This document shows, one piece after another, positions 9,518-18,808 of a stretch of DNA of 64,000 nt. How positions within the stretch are numbered: position 1 is the first letter of the stretch; each line of letters opens with the position of its first letter. The DNA lies in the NCBI GenBank assembly GCA_044229975.1, contig JBGARZ010000017.1:32001-96000 (forward strand). The letters are read 5' to 3'. The notes under the pieces were generated by a model. The model ran no database searches and was not told the origin of the DNA. It saw only the letters and a list, made by a program, of their open reading frames with translations. Source of the DNA: Polyangiales bacterium. GTDB lineage: Bacteria > Myxococcota_A > Polyangia > Polyangiales > Ga0077539. The position numbers and the translations under genes were made by a program.

Positions 9518-10647
9518 GATGTGTGCTGACGGATGACGTCCCGGTCGAGCGCTTCGCGGCGTGCGCAGAGCTGGCGTGGCTGGAGCGCCGGCCCGAGCTG
9601 GGGGCCCTCTGCCGGGCGGCGCGGGACGCCGGGCGCCGCATCTCCGTGGAGGTGGTGTCGGCCGCGCTCCCCGGCGTGGCCGCGGCGGGAGCGAAGAACG
9701 TCGTCGCGTGGTGCCGCGCGTTGGCGCTCTGCGACGAGCACGGCGGTCTCACGCAACTGGGCGACACGGTGGCGAAAGACGACGAGGCGCCCGTGTCCGA
9801 GCAGGGGGTCTTCGACCTGTGGTTCGTCTCGCACCCGCTCCTCGGCGCCCGCGCGCTGCACGCCGAGCGCATCACCGCGAAGCAGGACGGGCGCTTCGAC
9901 GAGATCGTCCTGTTGCCGACGCCGCCGACGCGGGCCGCGGTGTTCCGTTCGGGCGTCGAGCCTGCGAATCGCTTCGTGGTCCGCGCGTGGCTGCCCGCCG
10001 ACGCGGCGCCCGCGGGTCAGCGCCGTGACACCGCCGCGCACTGCCGGGTGCGCTGGACGATGGACTTCGCGAGGGGCCGTGAGCAGTTCACGCTCGACGG
10101 TGCGATCGATGGCACGCGCGGCGCGAACCGCCCGCTCCGACACGAGGCGGAGCCCGCTGACGTCGATCTCGCGAGCGTGCTCCGCGCCTGGGCGGCCGGA
10201 CCGCTGGCGGCCTTCGGCCGGTGGGACGAGGCTCAGGAGCGCCTGGCGGTGCGCTGCGAGGCGCTCTCGGTGGACGAGCAGGAGCGTTTCGCGAAGAGCG
10301 TGCGGCTGCCGGAGGTGACGGTTGCCGGGCGCGGCACCTGGAGGAACGTCACGTTGGAGGACGTCCCGATCGGCCCGGCGACGGCCGACGACGCGACGCA
10401 TTGGGCGGCCGCGCGCCTCGACCGCCGACTGCGCCGCGAGCGCCGCTACCGCACCCGCGCCGACGTGGGCGCGCTCTTCGCCTCCGTCACCGCCGGGACG
10501 GCGCTCGAAGCGCATCGTCCCGTGCTCGCCCCGCACGACGAGCTCCTGGTGCAGTACGCGCTCGCGCCCGCGGTGTTCTGGGGCCTCGCCGCGCCCGCCG
10601 ACCTCGCCCCGACCGACCCCGACTCGAATCTGGAGGCCATGCGATGA
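9514..10647 (+). CDS. Hypothetical protein, possible N-terminal winged-HTH
   Basis: GGAGG SD and ATGA overlap at 9514; in-frame part of ORF 8608..10647; ALALCDEHGGLTQLG resembles a wHTH wing. Confidence 0.75.
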   Translation: MRCVLTDDVPVERFAACAELAWLERRPELGALCRAARDAGRRISVEVVSAALPGVAAAGAKNVVAWCRALALCDEHGGLTQLGDTVAKDDEAPVSEQGVFDLWFVSHPLLGARALHAERITAKQDGRFDEIVLLPTPPTRAAVFRSGVEPANRFVVRAWLPADAAPAGQRRDTAAHCRVRWTMDFARGREQFTLDGAIDGTRGANRPLRHEAEPADVDLASVLRAWAAGPLAAFGRWDEAQERLAVRCEALSVDEQERFAKSVRLPEVTVAGRGTWRNVTLEDVPIGPATADDATHWAAARLDRRLRRERRYRTRADVGALFASVTAGTALEAHRPVLAPHDELLVQYALAPAVFWGLAAPADLAPTDPDSNLEAMR

Positions 10648-12644
10648 AGTTCCAAGGACCGATCCTGGCGCGGGTGCCGCGTCGTCGTGCCGAGGACCGC
10701 CGCGAGGTGCGGCTCCCGACGGTCTGGGTGCGCGACGGCCGCGAGCCCTTGCTGCCGGAGACGACCGTGTTGCGGTGGGACGCCGGCGACCTGGCCGCGC
10801 CCGTGATCGCGGGCGACACGGTGATCGTGATGCTCTCGGGCGACTGCGCGAGCGCGTCGAGCACTCTGCTCGCGGCGGCCCGGGCGGGCAAGCGGGTCTA
10901 CGTGCTGGCGGCGCCGGGATGGGGGGCGGGGGCGCTCGCGTCGGTGCCGCGCGGCCGCGTGCTGGTGCGCCATGTCGAGGGCCTCCCCGCGACGGCGCTC
11001 TGGAGCGCGGCGGACGCCTTCGTCTGGACCAGCGGCACGTCCGGGGGGGCTTCCTGGCGACTGACGCTCACCGCGCCGCAAGCGCACGCGCTGCGCCTCG
11101 CCATGCTCCGTCTCTTCTGGCACCACGGGCTCGCCGAGGCTTGGAACGACGAAGGTGCCCTCGTCTTCCAGGCCTGTGCGGAGCGTCCGTTCGACGTGCC
11201 CGAGGCGACGAGCGAAGTGCCCATCCAGCTCGTCGCGCGAGGCGCGGCGTCGCCTGCGCTCGCGGGCGACACGGTCTACCTCCCAGGGTTCGCGCCACGT
11301 CCGCATGTGGCCGTGCGCGCGTGGCTGCCGCCGTCGGGGAACAATCACGCGGGCCTCGCGGCGCTGAGGGCGGCGGGCGTGGAGGTGGTCTGGCACGACC
11401 TCGACCTCCCAGCGTGCGGGCTCGCGGGCGACGCCGGTGAGCTGCGCGCCGCGTCGCCGCAGTGGACGCTGTCCGTCGCGCTCGACGCCGCGCAGCGCGA
11501 CGACCTGCGGGAGATCCTGGCGACGGAGGCTCCCTGGCGCTTCCTCACGAACGCATCGCTGGGGGATATCGACCGCTCCCCAGACGTCGTGGTGTGGCTG
11601 CCGGGGTCGAACGCCGCCGCTTCGCTACGCGCGCTAGAGACGCTCGACGCGGGCGAAACCCCGGCGGATTCCCTCCGCGGCTGCGCGACGACCGAGCCGG
11701 TCGCGTTGCCCGCCCCGTCGCCGCTGTCGCTGCGGGTAGAGTGGCAGTGGGGAGTGCGGCCGCCGAGCGCCCCCGCGACCTCGTCGGACGACCCGCTCGT
11801 GCAGGCGTGGCGGCGCTTCGATGCGAGCTTCCGGGCGCGGGTCGAGCTCGCGCGGCGGGCGGTCGACGGTGCGACGACCCGCGCGGAGGGGTTGGGGCGA
11901 AGCTTCGAGTCGCTGCGCGCGGCGGTGCTCGGCTTTAACCGCGCGGGCGTCGACCTCGGCGACCGCCTCGTGCCGCTCGGCGCCCTGACCCCGTCGGCGG
12001 TTGGACCCGACGTCGCTTCCTCCGCGCTGGCGGAGTTGCGCGCGATCGAGGGCGAGGTCGCCGAGCTGCAGCGCGGGTTGAACGCCGAGGAGGCCCGGGC
12101 CCGCGAGGCGCGGGACCGCGAGGAGCAGCGCGATGCCTTCGAGCAGAAACAGGCGGACGACCGTGCCACGCTCGACGCTCACGAGCAGGAGCTGGAGGCG
12201 AAGTCCGCGGCGCTCGCGGAGAAGGAGAAGATTCTCGCCGAGATCGAGGCGAGCCCGAGCCCCGGGCTCAAGGAGAAGGACCGCAAGGCGTCCCTGAAGA
12301 GCTACGGCGACGACCTGCGACGGCTCAAGCCGCGCGTTGACCGGCTGCGTGAGTTGATCGAAGAGGGGAAGCGAAAGCTCGAAGAGTCCTTCGTCTACCG
12401 CCCGAACGCCGTCGTCGGGGGAGCGCCCGCGGGTGGCCGCGCGGCGGGGGCGGCGTTTGTTCCTGCTGCCGGGACGAGCGACGACCTGCGCGCGCCGATG
12501 GACCCGCTTCCGTCGGTCGGTCGGCTCGTGGTGGCGGGCAAGCAGCGCTACCTCGGGATCAGGAACTGGGAGGATCTCGACGTCGCCGAGCGGGAGGCCG
12601 TGCGCCTTTCGGCGCGCCTGGTCGCGGAGGTGGCGGCGCCGTGA
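10644..12644 (+). CDS. Hypothetical protein: two degenerate PLD-like halves plus long coiled coil
   Basis: GGAGG SD and ATGA overlap at 10644; AARAGKRVYVL...RVLVRH and LRAAGVEVVW match the PLD nuclease scaffold but there is no HxK; E/R/K-rich coiled coil at about 11850-12380. Confidence 0.72.
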   Translation: MKFQGPILARVPRRRAEDRREVRLPTVWVRDGREPLLPETTVLRWDAGDLAAPVIAGDTVIVMLSGDCASASSTLLAAARAGKRVYVLAAPGWGAGALASVPRGRVLVRHVEGLPATALWSAADAFVWTSGTSGGASWRLTLTAPQAHALRLAMLRLFWHHGLAEAWNDEGALVFQACAERPFDVPEATSEVPIQLVARGAASPALAGDTVYLPGFAPRPHVAVRAWLPPSGNNHAGLAALRAAGVEVVWHDLDLPACGLAGDAGELRAASPQWTLSVALDAAQRDDLREILATEAPWRFLTNASLGDIDRSPDVVVWLPGSNAAASLRALETLDAGETPADSLRGCATTEPVALPAPSPLSLRVEWQWGVRPPSAPATSSDDPLVQAWRRFDASFRARVELARRAVDGATTRAEGLGRSFESLRAAVLGFNRAGVDLGDRLVPLGALTPSAVGPDVASSALAELRAIEGEVAELQRGLNAEEARAREARDREEQRDAFEQKQADDRATLDAHEQELEAKSAALAEKEKILAEIEASPSPGLKEKDRKASLKSYGDDLRRLKPRVDRLRELIEEGKRKLEESFVYRPNAVVGGAPAGGRAAGAAFVPAAGTSDDLRAPMDPLPSVGRLVVAGKQRYLGIRNWEDLDVAEREAVRLSARLVAEVAAP

Positions 12645-12856
12645 AGGAGCAACGCATCACCGTCAACATCGACGGATCCGGCGCGCTGCACGCCGACGCC
12701 GAGGGGTTCTCCGGGGACACCTGCGTGAAGGACCTGGAGCGGCTGCTCGAAGGGCTCGCGTCGGGCGTCGAGCGCATCGACCGCAAGCCCCAGGTGCCGG
12801 ACGCGAGCGTGGTCGCGCGCGGCGCGACGCGGGTCGCGACCGGGAGGAAGCCATGA
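12641..12856 (+). CDS. DUF2997 family protein
   Basis: ITVNIDGSGALHADAEGFSGDTC signature; GTGA overlap. Confidence 0.8.
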   Translation: MKEQRITVNIDGSGALHADAEGFSGDTCVKDLERLLEGLASGVERIDRKPQVPDASVVARGATRVATGRKP

Positions 12857-13359
12857 GCGCCTACGTCACGCTGGCGGTCCCGCTCACCGACGAGTCCACG
12901 CTCCTCGCGGCGCTGGCGGAGCTGGGCTTCGGTCCCGCGAAAGTCGAAGTGCACGCCGAGGCGGTCGCGCTGGTGGGCTACGGCGCCGACGCGCGCGCGC
13001 AGCGGGCGCACGTGGTCATTCGCCGACAGCATCTGGGCTCCGCGTCGAACGACGTCGGGTTCGAGCGGACACCCACCGGCTACCGGGCGCATGTGAGCGA
13101 GTACGACCAGGGACGTTTCGGGAGTGGTTGGATGGGCCAACTGCGCGCGGCCTACGACCGCCACGACGCTGCGCGGCTGGAGGCGCTGGCCGCGGAAGAG
13201 CGCCGACGCGAGGAGGAGCGGCGAGCGGTCGAGCGGCGCGCGCTGGTCGAGGCGCAGCGGCAGATGGTACTCGCGAAGGCCGCGGCGCTCGGCTACCGGG
13301 TGGAGGAGACGCGCGAGGGCGAGCGGGTGCGGCTGGTACTGCGAAAGCGGGTGTATTGA
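12853..13359 (+). CDS. DUF1257 (Ycf35-like) domain protein
   Basis: LLAALAELGF...LVGY...AHVVIRR...SNDVGFER...YRAHVSEYD; ATGA overlap at 12853. Confidence 0.8.
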   Translation: MSAYVTLAVPLTDESTLLAALAELGFGPAKVEVHAEAVALVGYGADARAQRAHVVIRRQHLGSASNDVGFERTPTGYRAHVSEYDQGRFGSGWMGQLRAAYDRHDAARLEALAAEERRREEERRAVERRALVEAQRQMVLAKAAALGYRVEETREGERVRLVLRKRVY

Positions 13360-13931
13360 TGCGCCCGGGGCCGACGCTCAACGTCGCGCGGTGGGTCGCG
13401 CGGAGCCGCGTCAACGGGCCCGGCGAGCGCTTCGTGCTGTGGGTGCAGGGGTGCGCGATCCGCTGCGCTGGCTGCTGGAACCGCGACACCTGGAGCCACG
13501 TGCCTCGCGTCAGGATGACGGTTGACGAGGTGCTTCGCGAGGTCGACGCGGCGAGCGGGATCGACGGGGTCACGCTCACGGGCGGCGAGCCATTCGAGCA
13601 GGCGGAGGCTTTGCTACCGCTGGCTGAGGCGCTGCGTGCGCGCGGGCTCTCGGTGATGGCGTTCACCGGGCGGGAGCCCGCCGAGCTGTCGGGTCCGGCG
13701 GAGCGTGCGTTGATTGCGTGTCTCGACGTGCTCGTCGTGGGGCGCTACGAGGCGGCGCAACGCTCGTTGGACCTCGGGTGGAGGGGCTCGCGCAACCAGC
13801 AGATCCGGTTCCTCACGACCCGGCATGACGAACGCGATCTCCCCGCGGGCCGCGAGGCGGAGGTCCACCTGTCGCCCGACGGCGCCATCGTCGTGATGGG
13901 CTTTCCTGAGGCGGGACTACTGTCGGTTTGA
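13359..13931 (+). CDS. NrdG-like radical SAM (4Fe-4S single cluster) protein
   Basis: NGPGERFVLWVQGCAIRCAGCWN (CxxxCxxC), GVTLTGGEPFEQ, WRGSRNQ; TGATG overlap. Confidence 0.9.
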   Translation: MRPGPTLNVARWVARSRVNGPGERFVLWVQGCAIRCAGCWNRDTWSHVPRVRMTVDEVLREVDAASGIDGVTLTGGEPFEQAEALLPLAEALRARGLSVMAFTGREPAELSGPAERALIACLDVLVVGRYEAAQRSLDLGWRGSRNQQIRFLTTRHDERDLPAGREAEVHLSPDGAIVVMGFPEAGLLSV

Positions 13932-14223
13932 GCGAGGCGCCGACGGCGCCATCGCTGCCGCAACCCCACCGCGCTCCTATCGACCCGGCTGCGCGAGCTC
14001 ATCGAACACCGCATCGGGTAGCGCCTCGGGATTCGGAATCGCACGTTCATGGTTTCACGCTTCTCGTCCGAGTCGACCCGATCCTCGCGCTGTTCGGTGT
14101 GCTCGACGGGCTGAGCGACGAAGGGGCTGGAGCAGCAACCGAAGCACCTCCGAAGAGCGCCGCGGGTCGTCCGCGTCCCAGCCTCGGTGATCTCCTACGG
14201 GGTGAGCGCGGAGCAGACCCTCT

Positions 14224-16749
14224 TTAGGTTTCGATGACGACCGGAACACCAGCCTGCTGCGCGACCGGCGTCCAGATGTCGGCGTCGACGTCCGGCGTCT
14301 CGATGGAGACGACGAGCGCGTAACGCGCGCCCTGTCCGCTGCGGTCACGCTTCGGCAGATCCTTCCACCATCCGCTCACCGGGTAGATCCCGATCACGCC
14401 GCGCTCGGCGATGTCGGCCGCGGAACCTTGGAGGACGTCCGAGTGGACGGAGCCATGACTGCGAGCCTGTTCACCGAGGAACCACTCGGAGGAATTGCCC
14501 CCCGCTGAAGGCCGATCCTCATCCTCATCGAGGGCAAGCTGGTTGAGACGCTTGCGAAAATCCTCGACTAGCTCAGTCGGGCCTTTCACCTCGAAGCGAA
14601 GTCCGTGTGACGCGTAGCGGTGCCGCTTTTTCCAGCCACGTCGCCCTGGGTTCGGCTCGATGAAGTAGGACAGCGTCACGCGCAGGCGGACGGACGCCGC
14701 CCCCAGGGCGTGGAGTACGTCGTTTGGCCAGGGCAGCTCAAAGAAGTGCATCTCGCGCATCGTTCCCTGCGCGAACGGCCGGATGCTGCCCTGCACGATC
14801 AGTGTCAGCGCGTTGCCCGCACTCCGCAACGCACGGTCGATGTGCGGGACGCCGAATCCGTAGCGGCGCACGACTCTCAAGCGGGCACGCTTGCCGCCCG
14901 CAGCGTGGAGGTAGGCCAGCATCCGCGGGGTCCACTCGGCCGAGTGCACGATGAGCGCCCGCACGGCCTCGGGCCATAGGGTCGGGTACTCCGCCGCGAT
15001 CATGGCGGCCATGCGCGCGGCCTGCGCCGTCGCCGCGCTGGTCGCCCAGCTCAGCGCGAAGGGCTTCAGCGCGGGTCGGTAGTACGTCGTGAGCACGCTG
15101 AGATCGGCGCACGGGAAATCGATCGTCCCCTGCGTGTCCTTCACGACGTTCCCTCCTTCGAAGACGACGTCCGGCTTGATCGGCCAGGCCTCGGCGAAGG
15201 TGACCCCGGTGGTGCTCCACGGCGAGAGGTCGCCCCCGCGCGCGACGGGGCTCCATCCGCTCATTTTCGGATCACTGATCAACGCTTTGTCGGTGAACGC
15301 CCCGACCGTGAGCGCGTTCCAGGCCTGCGCGGGGTCGTGGACGGCATCGGCGTCACTCCGATCGAGGTGCGCGACTTCCAGCGCGTCGGCGTCGACGTTT
15401 CCGGCGCTCACGATGAACAAGCGGCGCAGCGGCTCCTCCCCGTCATTGAGATACACGAGGCCCTGGCTGCTCGCGTCGAACGAACGCCCCGCGGCCAGCG
15501 CGTCGATCGACGCAGACCATGACGTCGGTTGTCCTCGGTCGCGCTCATCAGTCGCGGTGATGGCCATCGAGAAGCATCGGCGGCGCTCTGGCGCTTGGAT
15601 CTCGACCCGGCTCGTCGCCTCCGCCGTGACGGCGCCGTACACCTCGGGCGCGTTCTGTCCGGTCGGCGGCAGAATCTTCACCGACTCAAGGACATGGCGA
15701 AGCCGCACCTGTCCGGAGCCGGTCAGCATCGGAGTGAGGTCGCCGTACAGCGCGAGGCCAGCCATCTCGGTGCCGTGTCCCTGGTGATCGTGTGTGCCCC
15801 ACGAAGGATCACAAGCGTGGCAGTCCTTGGCTGCGAGCGCGAGCGCGAGCAGCGGATGCCCCTGCGACACGCCGGTATCGAGCACGCAGACCGAGGGCGC
15901 CGCGGCCCCAGGCGCTGTCGTCCTCGCGAGCAGATCCTTGGCCCAGTTGGCTTGCTCGTGGCCGCCCAGGTCAACGAAGAAGGTCGGAGTCTCCTTGGCG
16001 CGTCGCAGCTCCGCGAGGTCGTTCAACACGTCGATGGACGCGGCGAGCTGCTCTGCCGTCGCGCGGACCAGCGTGACGATGCGGTCGTCGAACTGCAGGC
16101 GTCGCGGTGCCACATCAATGTGCCGGAGTTCGGCGAACTCCATCAACCGTGCGAGCTCGTTGCCGTCCTGCCGACGCAACCAGACCTCCCACCAGATGCT
16201 CTCGTGCTCGGGCGGGTACACATCGCTCGCATCCGTCCAGAGGCTGCGAAGGGTGGCGAGCCTCAGCGCGGCCACCGGGTCCAGCATCCCTTCGTGGCGC
16301 TTCTCGCCCTTCGCCTTCGGCCCGCTCTTCGCGTAGCTCTCGAAGCGGTCGATAAAGTGCTTCACCTTACCTTCGGGGACGAAGACCGTGGCGCGCTCCA
16401 CGCGACGCGGCTGAGCTCCGTCGCTCAGCGAGTGGCTCACCGCGACGAGCTCGATGCCCTGGGCAGCGTTCTCGAACGATGAGAGCTGCAGTGACTCGCC
16501 TGGCTGACTCTCGAACTGCACGTAGAGCCCGGGCGATGCGCCATGCACCTCGATCTCGGTTGCTTCGCGGCGCTGGAGGGCCTCTACCACCGCTGACTCG
16601 AGAGCGCTCTTGAGCGCCCTACCATGAGCCTTCCTGCTCTCGGGAGCTGGAACCTTGCGGATGTCGAACCTACGCCTGTGCGGCCGGTACGGCTCGGTCG
16701 TGGGTGGGCTCGAAACGGTGATGTGCTTGCGGTTGCGAGGTGAGACCAC
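14224..16749 (-). CDS. ietS: S8 family subtilisin-like serine protease (IetS/Y4bN type)
   Basis: Triad motifs VLDTGV, GHGTEMAG, ATSAATA; VSAGN, DPAQAWNALTVGA, IKPDVVFEGGN; directly downstream of an AAA ATPase. Confidence 0.85.
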   Translation of the reverse strand: MVSPRNRKHITVSSPPTTEPYRPHRRRFDIRKVPAPESRKAHGRALKSALESAVVEALQRREATEIEVHGASPGLYVQFESQPGESLQLSSFENAAQGIELVAVSHSLSDGAQPRRVERATVFVPEGKVKHFIDRFESYAKSGPKAKGEKRHEGMLDPVAALRLATLRSLWTDASDVYPPEHESIWWEVWLRRQDGNELARLMEFAELRHIDVAPRRLQFDDRIVTLVRATAEQLAASIDVLNDLAELRRAKETPTFFVDLGGHEQANWAKDLLARTTAPGAAAPSVCVLDTGVSQGHPLLALALAAKDCHACDPSWGTHDHQGHGTEMAGLALYGDLTPMLTGSGQVRLRHVLESVKILPPTGQNAPEVYGAVTAEATSRVEIQAPERRRCFSMAITATDERDRGQPTSWSASIDALAAGRSFDASSQGLVYLNDGEEPLRRLFIVSAGNVDADALEVAHLDRSDADAVHDPAQAWNALTVGAFTDKALISDPKMSGWSPVARGGDLSPWSTTGVTFAEAWPIKPDVVFEGGNVVKDTQGTIDFPCADLSVLTTYYRPALKPFALSWATSAATAQAARMAAMIAAEYPTLWPEAVRALIVHSAEWTPRMLAYLHAAGGKRARLRVVRRYGFGVPHIDRALRSAGNALTLIVQGSIRPFAQGTMREMHFFELPWPNDVLHALGAASVRLRVTLSYFIEPNPGRRGWKKRHRYASHGLRFEVKGPTELVEDFRKRLNQLALDEDEDRPSAGGNSSEWFLGEQARSHGSVHSDVLQGSAADIAERGVIGIYPVSGWWKDLPKRDRSGQGARYALVVSIETPDVDADIWTPVAQQAGVPVVIET

Positions 16750-16769
16750 GCGTCATGCTCCTCGATGCG

Positions 16770-17756
16770 TTAGCCGTGCGCGCCGCGCCGCTCCCCGAGA
16801 GCGACCGCCAGCGACGCGGCTCGAACGACGATCGAGTGGTCGAGGATCGAGTTCTTCGCCGCCTGCTCGCAGGCCATCACGATCTCCGCGTGGCTGAGGT
16901 CGGCGGCGGCCGTGGCCGCCGCGCTCCAATCGATGTCCGACGTGTCGAGCAACCCGAGGCGCGACCGCATCACTCGCTCGGCGATGTCCGACGTAGGCAG
17001 CGCGTACTCAAGCGTTGCGTCGAAGCGGCGGAAGAGCGCGCGGTCGAGCAGACCGACGTGGTTGGTCGCGCCAAGCACGAGACTATCCGACTCGTCCTGC
17101 TCAAGAAACTGGAGGAACGAGTTGAGCACCCGTCGAATCTCGCCGACGTCGTTCTTCGCGCCGCGCTCGCCGCCGAGCGCGTCGAACTCGTCGAACAGGT
17201 ACACGCCGCGTGTGGACTGGATCGCGTCGAACACGAGCCGCAGCTTGGCCGCGGTCTCGCCCATGTACTTCGTGATGAGGCCATCCAGCTGGATGCTGAA
17301 GAGCGGGAGCCCCAATTCGCCCGCGAGCGCCGCCGCGGTCATCGTCTTACCGGTGCCAGGCGGCCCCACGAGAAGGAGCTTCCGCATCGGCGCGAAGCCA
17401 TGCCCCCGGATCCGCTCGCGCTGCTGCTGCTCGTTCAGGACGCGGTCGAGGCGGGCTCGGAGCACGTCAGTCAGCGCCATGTCGGCGACGCGTGTCTTCG
17501 GGTAACCGACCGTGAGGAGCCCGGCCAGCTCGCCTCGCGGTTGGGCCAGCGGCACAGGCTTTGGGCCTCGTGCAGGCTCGACCGCGTGCGTGCGCGTCTT
17601 CACCTGATCGACGAGCTCGCGTAGCTCCTGGGCGAACTTGCCGTGCCCTCCCCGAGCCGCCTGAGCCGCGACCTGCATGGCGATCGCGTAGAAGCGCGCG
17701 TCGTCGCCATCTGCATGACTCCGGATGAGCGCTTTGACTTGGTCCGCGGTCGCCAT
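16770..17756 (-). CDS. ietA: AAA ATPase (IetA type)
   Basis: GPPGTGKT, YLFDEFD, NDVGEIRRVLNSFLQ, LDRALFRRFD; paired with S8 protease. Confidence 0.85.
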   Translation of the reverse strand: MATADQVKALIRSHADGDDARFYAIAMQVAAQAARGGHGKFAQELRELVDQVKTRTHAVEPARGPKPVPLAQPRGELAGLLTVGYPKTRVADMALTDVLRARLDRVLNEQQQRERIRGHGFAPMRKLLLVGPPGTGKTMTAAALAGELGLPLFSIQLDGLITKYMGETAAKLRLVFDAIQSTRGVYLFDEFDALGGERGAKNDVGEIRRVLNSFLQFLEQDESDSLVLGATNHVGLLDRALFRRFDATLEYALPTSDIAERVMRSRLGLLDTSDIDWSAAATAAADLSHAEIVMACEQAAKNSILDHSIVVRAASLAVALGERRGAHG

Positions 17757-18139
17757 GACGATTCTATCTCTACCCTGCCCAGTTTCTGCGAAGGCTAAAG
17801 CAAGTCACCTGCTGAACCGAATTCTGCTCCTTCGGAGGCGTAGGTTGCGTTCCGGTCGTGCGCGCGGTCTCCGCGAGGTCGCCGCGGGCTACGAGCGGTG
17901 AGGTGCCATGCCGCAGCGGGTGCGGGCCGTGCGCACCACCATGCGGGCCCGGCCGCTCGCCACGGCGAGTACGCCGCGCGTTGTGGCGATCCAGACGCGC
18001 TGACCGTGGGTCGGACGAACGCGCGAGCCTGCAGGGGCCGCCGCACCCATCACGGCACGACGGGTGCCCAAGGTCATCGCGGGGCGGGACGACGAAAACG
18101 AGGTCACGAGGAAACGATTCGAGAACAGAGGTGGCGTTG

Positions 18140-18491
18140 TTAAACGGCGGCGGCGCGGGTATCGAGCGCGCGGCGGTGCTGGGCTTCGCACCTCACGCGC
18201 ACGAGGAGGTCGCGGTCGGTCGGATCCGGGAGTCGCTCGACCGAGACGTCCAGAGCGGCCGCGCAGCGCCGCGCGGAGCTGGAAGAGCGCGGCGCCGCAG
18301 CTCATCGTGAGCTCGCGTCCGTCTGGGTCGACGATCGGCAGCGCGCGACCGCGATCGGCGCGGAGGTCGAGCGAGGCGCCGTGGACGACGAAGCGCCAGG
18401 GTTGGCTGTTGTGGGGGGAGGGGGCGAGCACGGCCTGATCGACCGCGCGGCGGAGCGATTCGGAGAGAAAGTTCGCAGGGTCGTGGGGCAT
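18140..18491 (-). pseudogene. Truncated, frameshifted Acg-family nitroreductase
   Basis: APSPHNSQPWRF...DPDGRELTMSCGAAL matches the intact paralogue at 63139; homology continues in another frame after about 18254 (LDVSVERLPDPTDRDLLVRV) and stops at TAA 18140. Confidence 0.8.
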
Positions 18492-18808
18492 TGGATCCGT
18501 GGGCTCTCGTGGGCTAGGAACCGGGGACGGGATTCACTTGCGGCCCAGGGGGACGAAGGCGGGCTCTTCGCAGCGGCACACGGCGCAACCGCGCGTGCTG
18601 ACGTGGACGCATCGCTCGCCGATCACGCAGCGCAGGGGCAGCGCACCGTCGCACCGTCGACCGCCGCGCGCGGGGACGCACCCGCCCTCGATCGAGAGGC
18701 CCATGACGGAGATCGCGACCACGGTGACCCGCACCGCCCGTCGGAAGCACGAAGTCGCCGCGCGCTCGCTCCGCGCGGTGGGTCGTCTCCCATGGAGGCC
18801 GTCGCTCG

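Noticed and set aside
13928..14227. 99-aa ORF overlapping the radical SAM stop (TTGA), a possible eighth operon gene
   Set aside because: TTG start without SD, low-complexity Pro/Arg-rich sequence and no motif; cannot be supported.
18131..18150. GTTAAAC / GTTTAAC integron attC-like core at the acg truncation point
   Set aside because: No complementary inverse core with a proper stem, no cassette array and no integrase seen.
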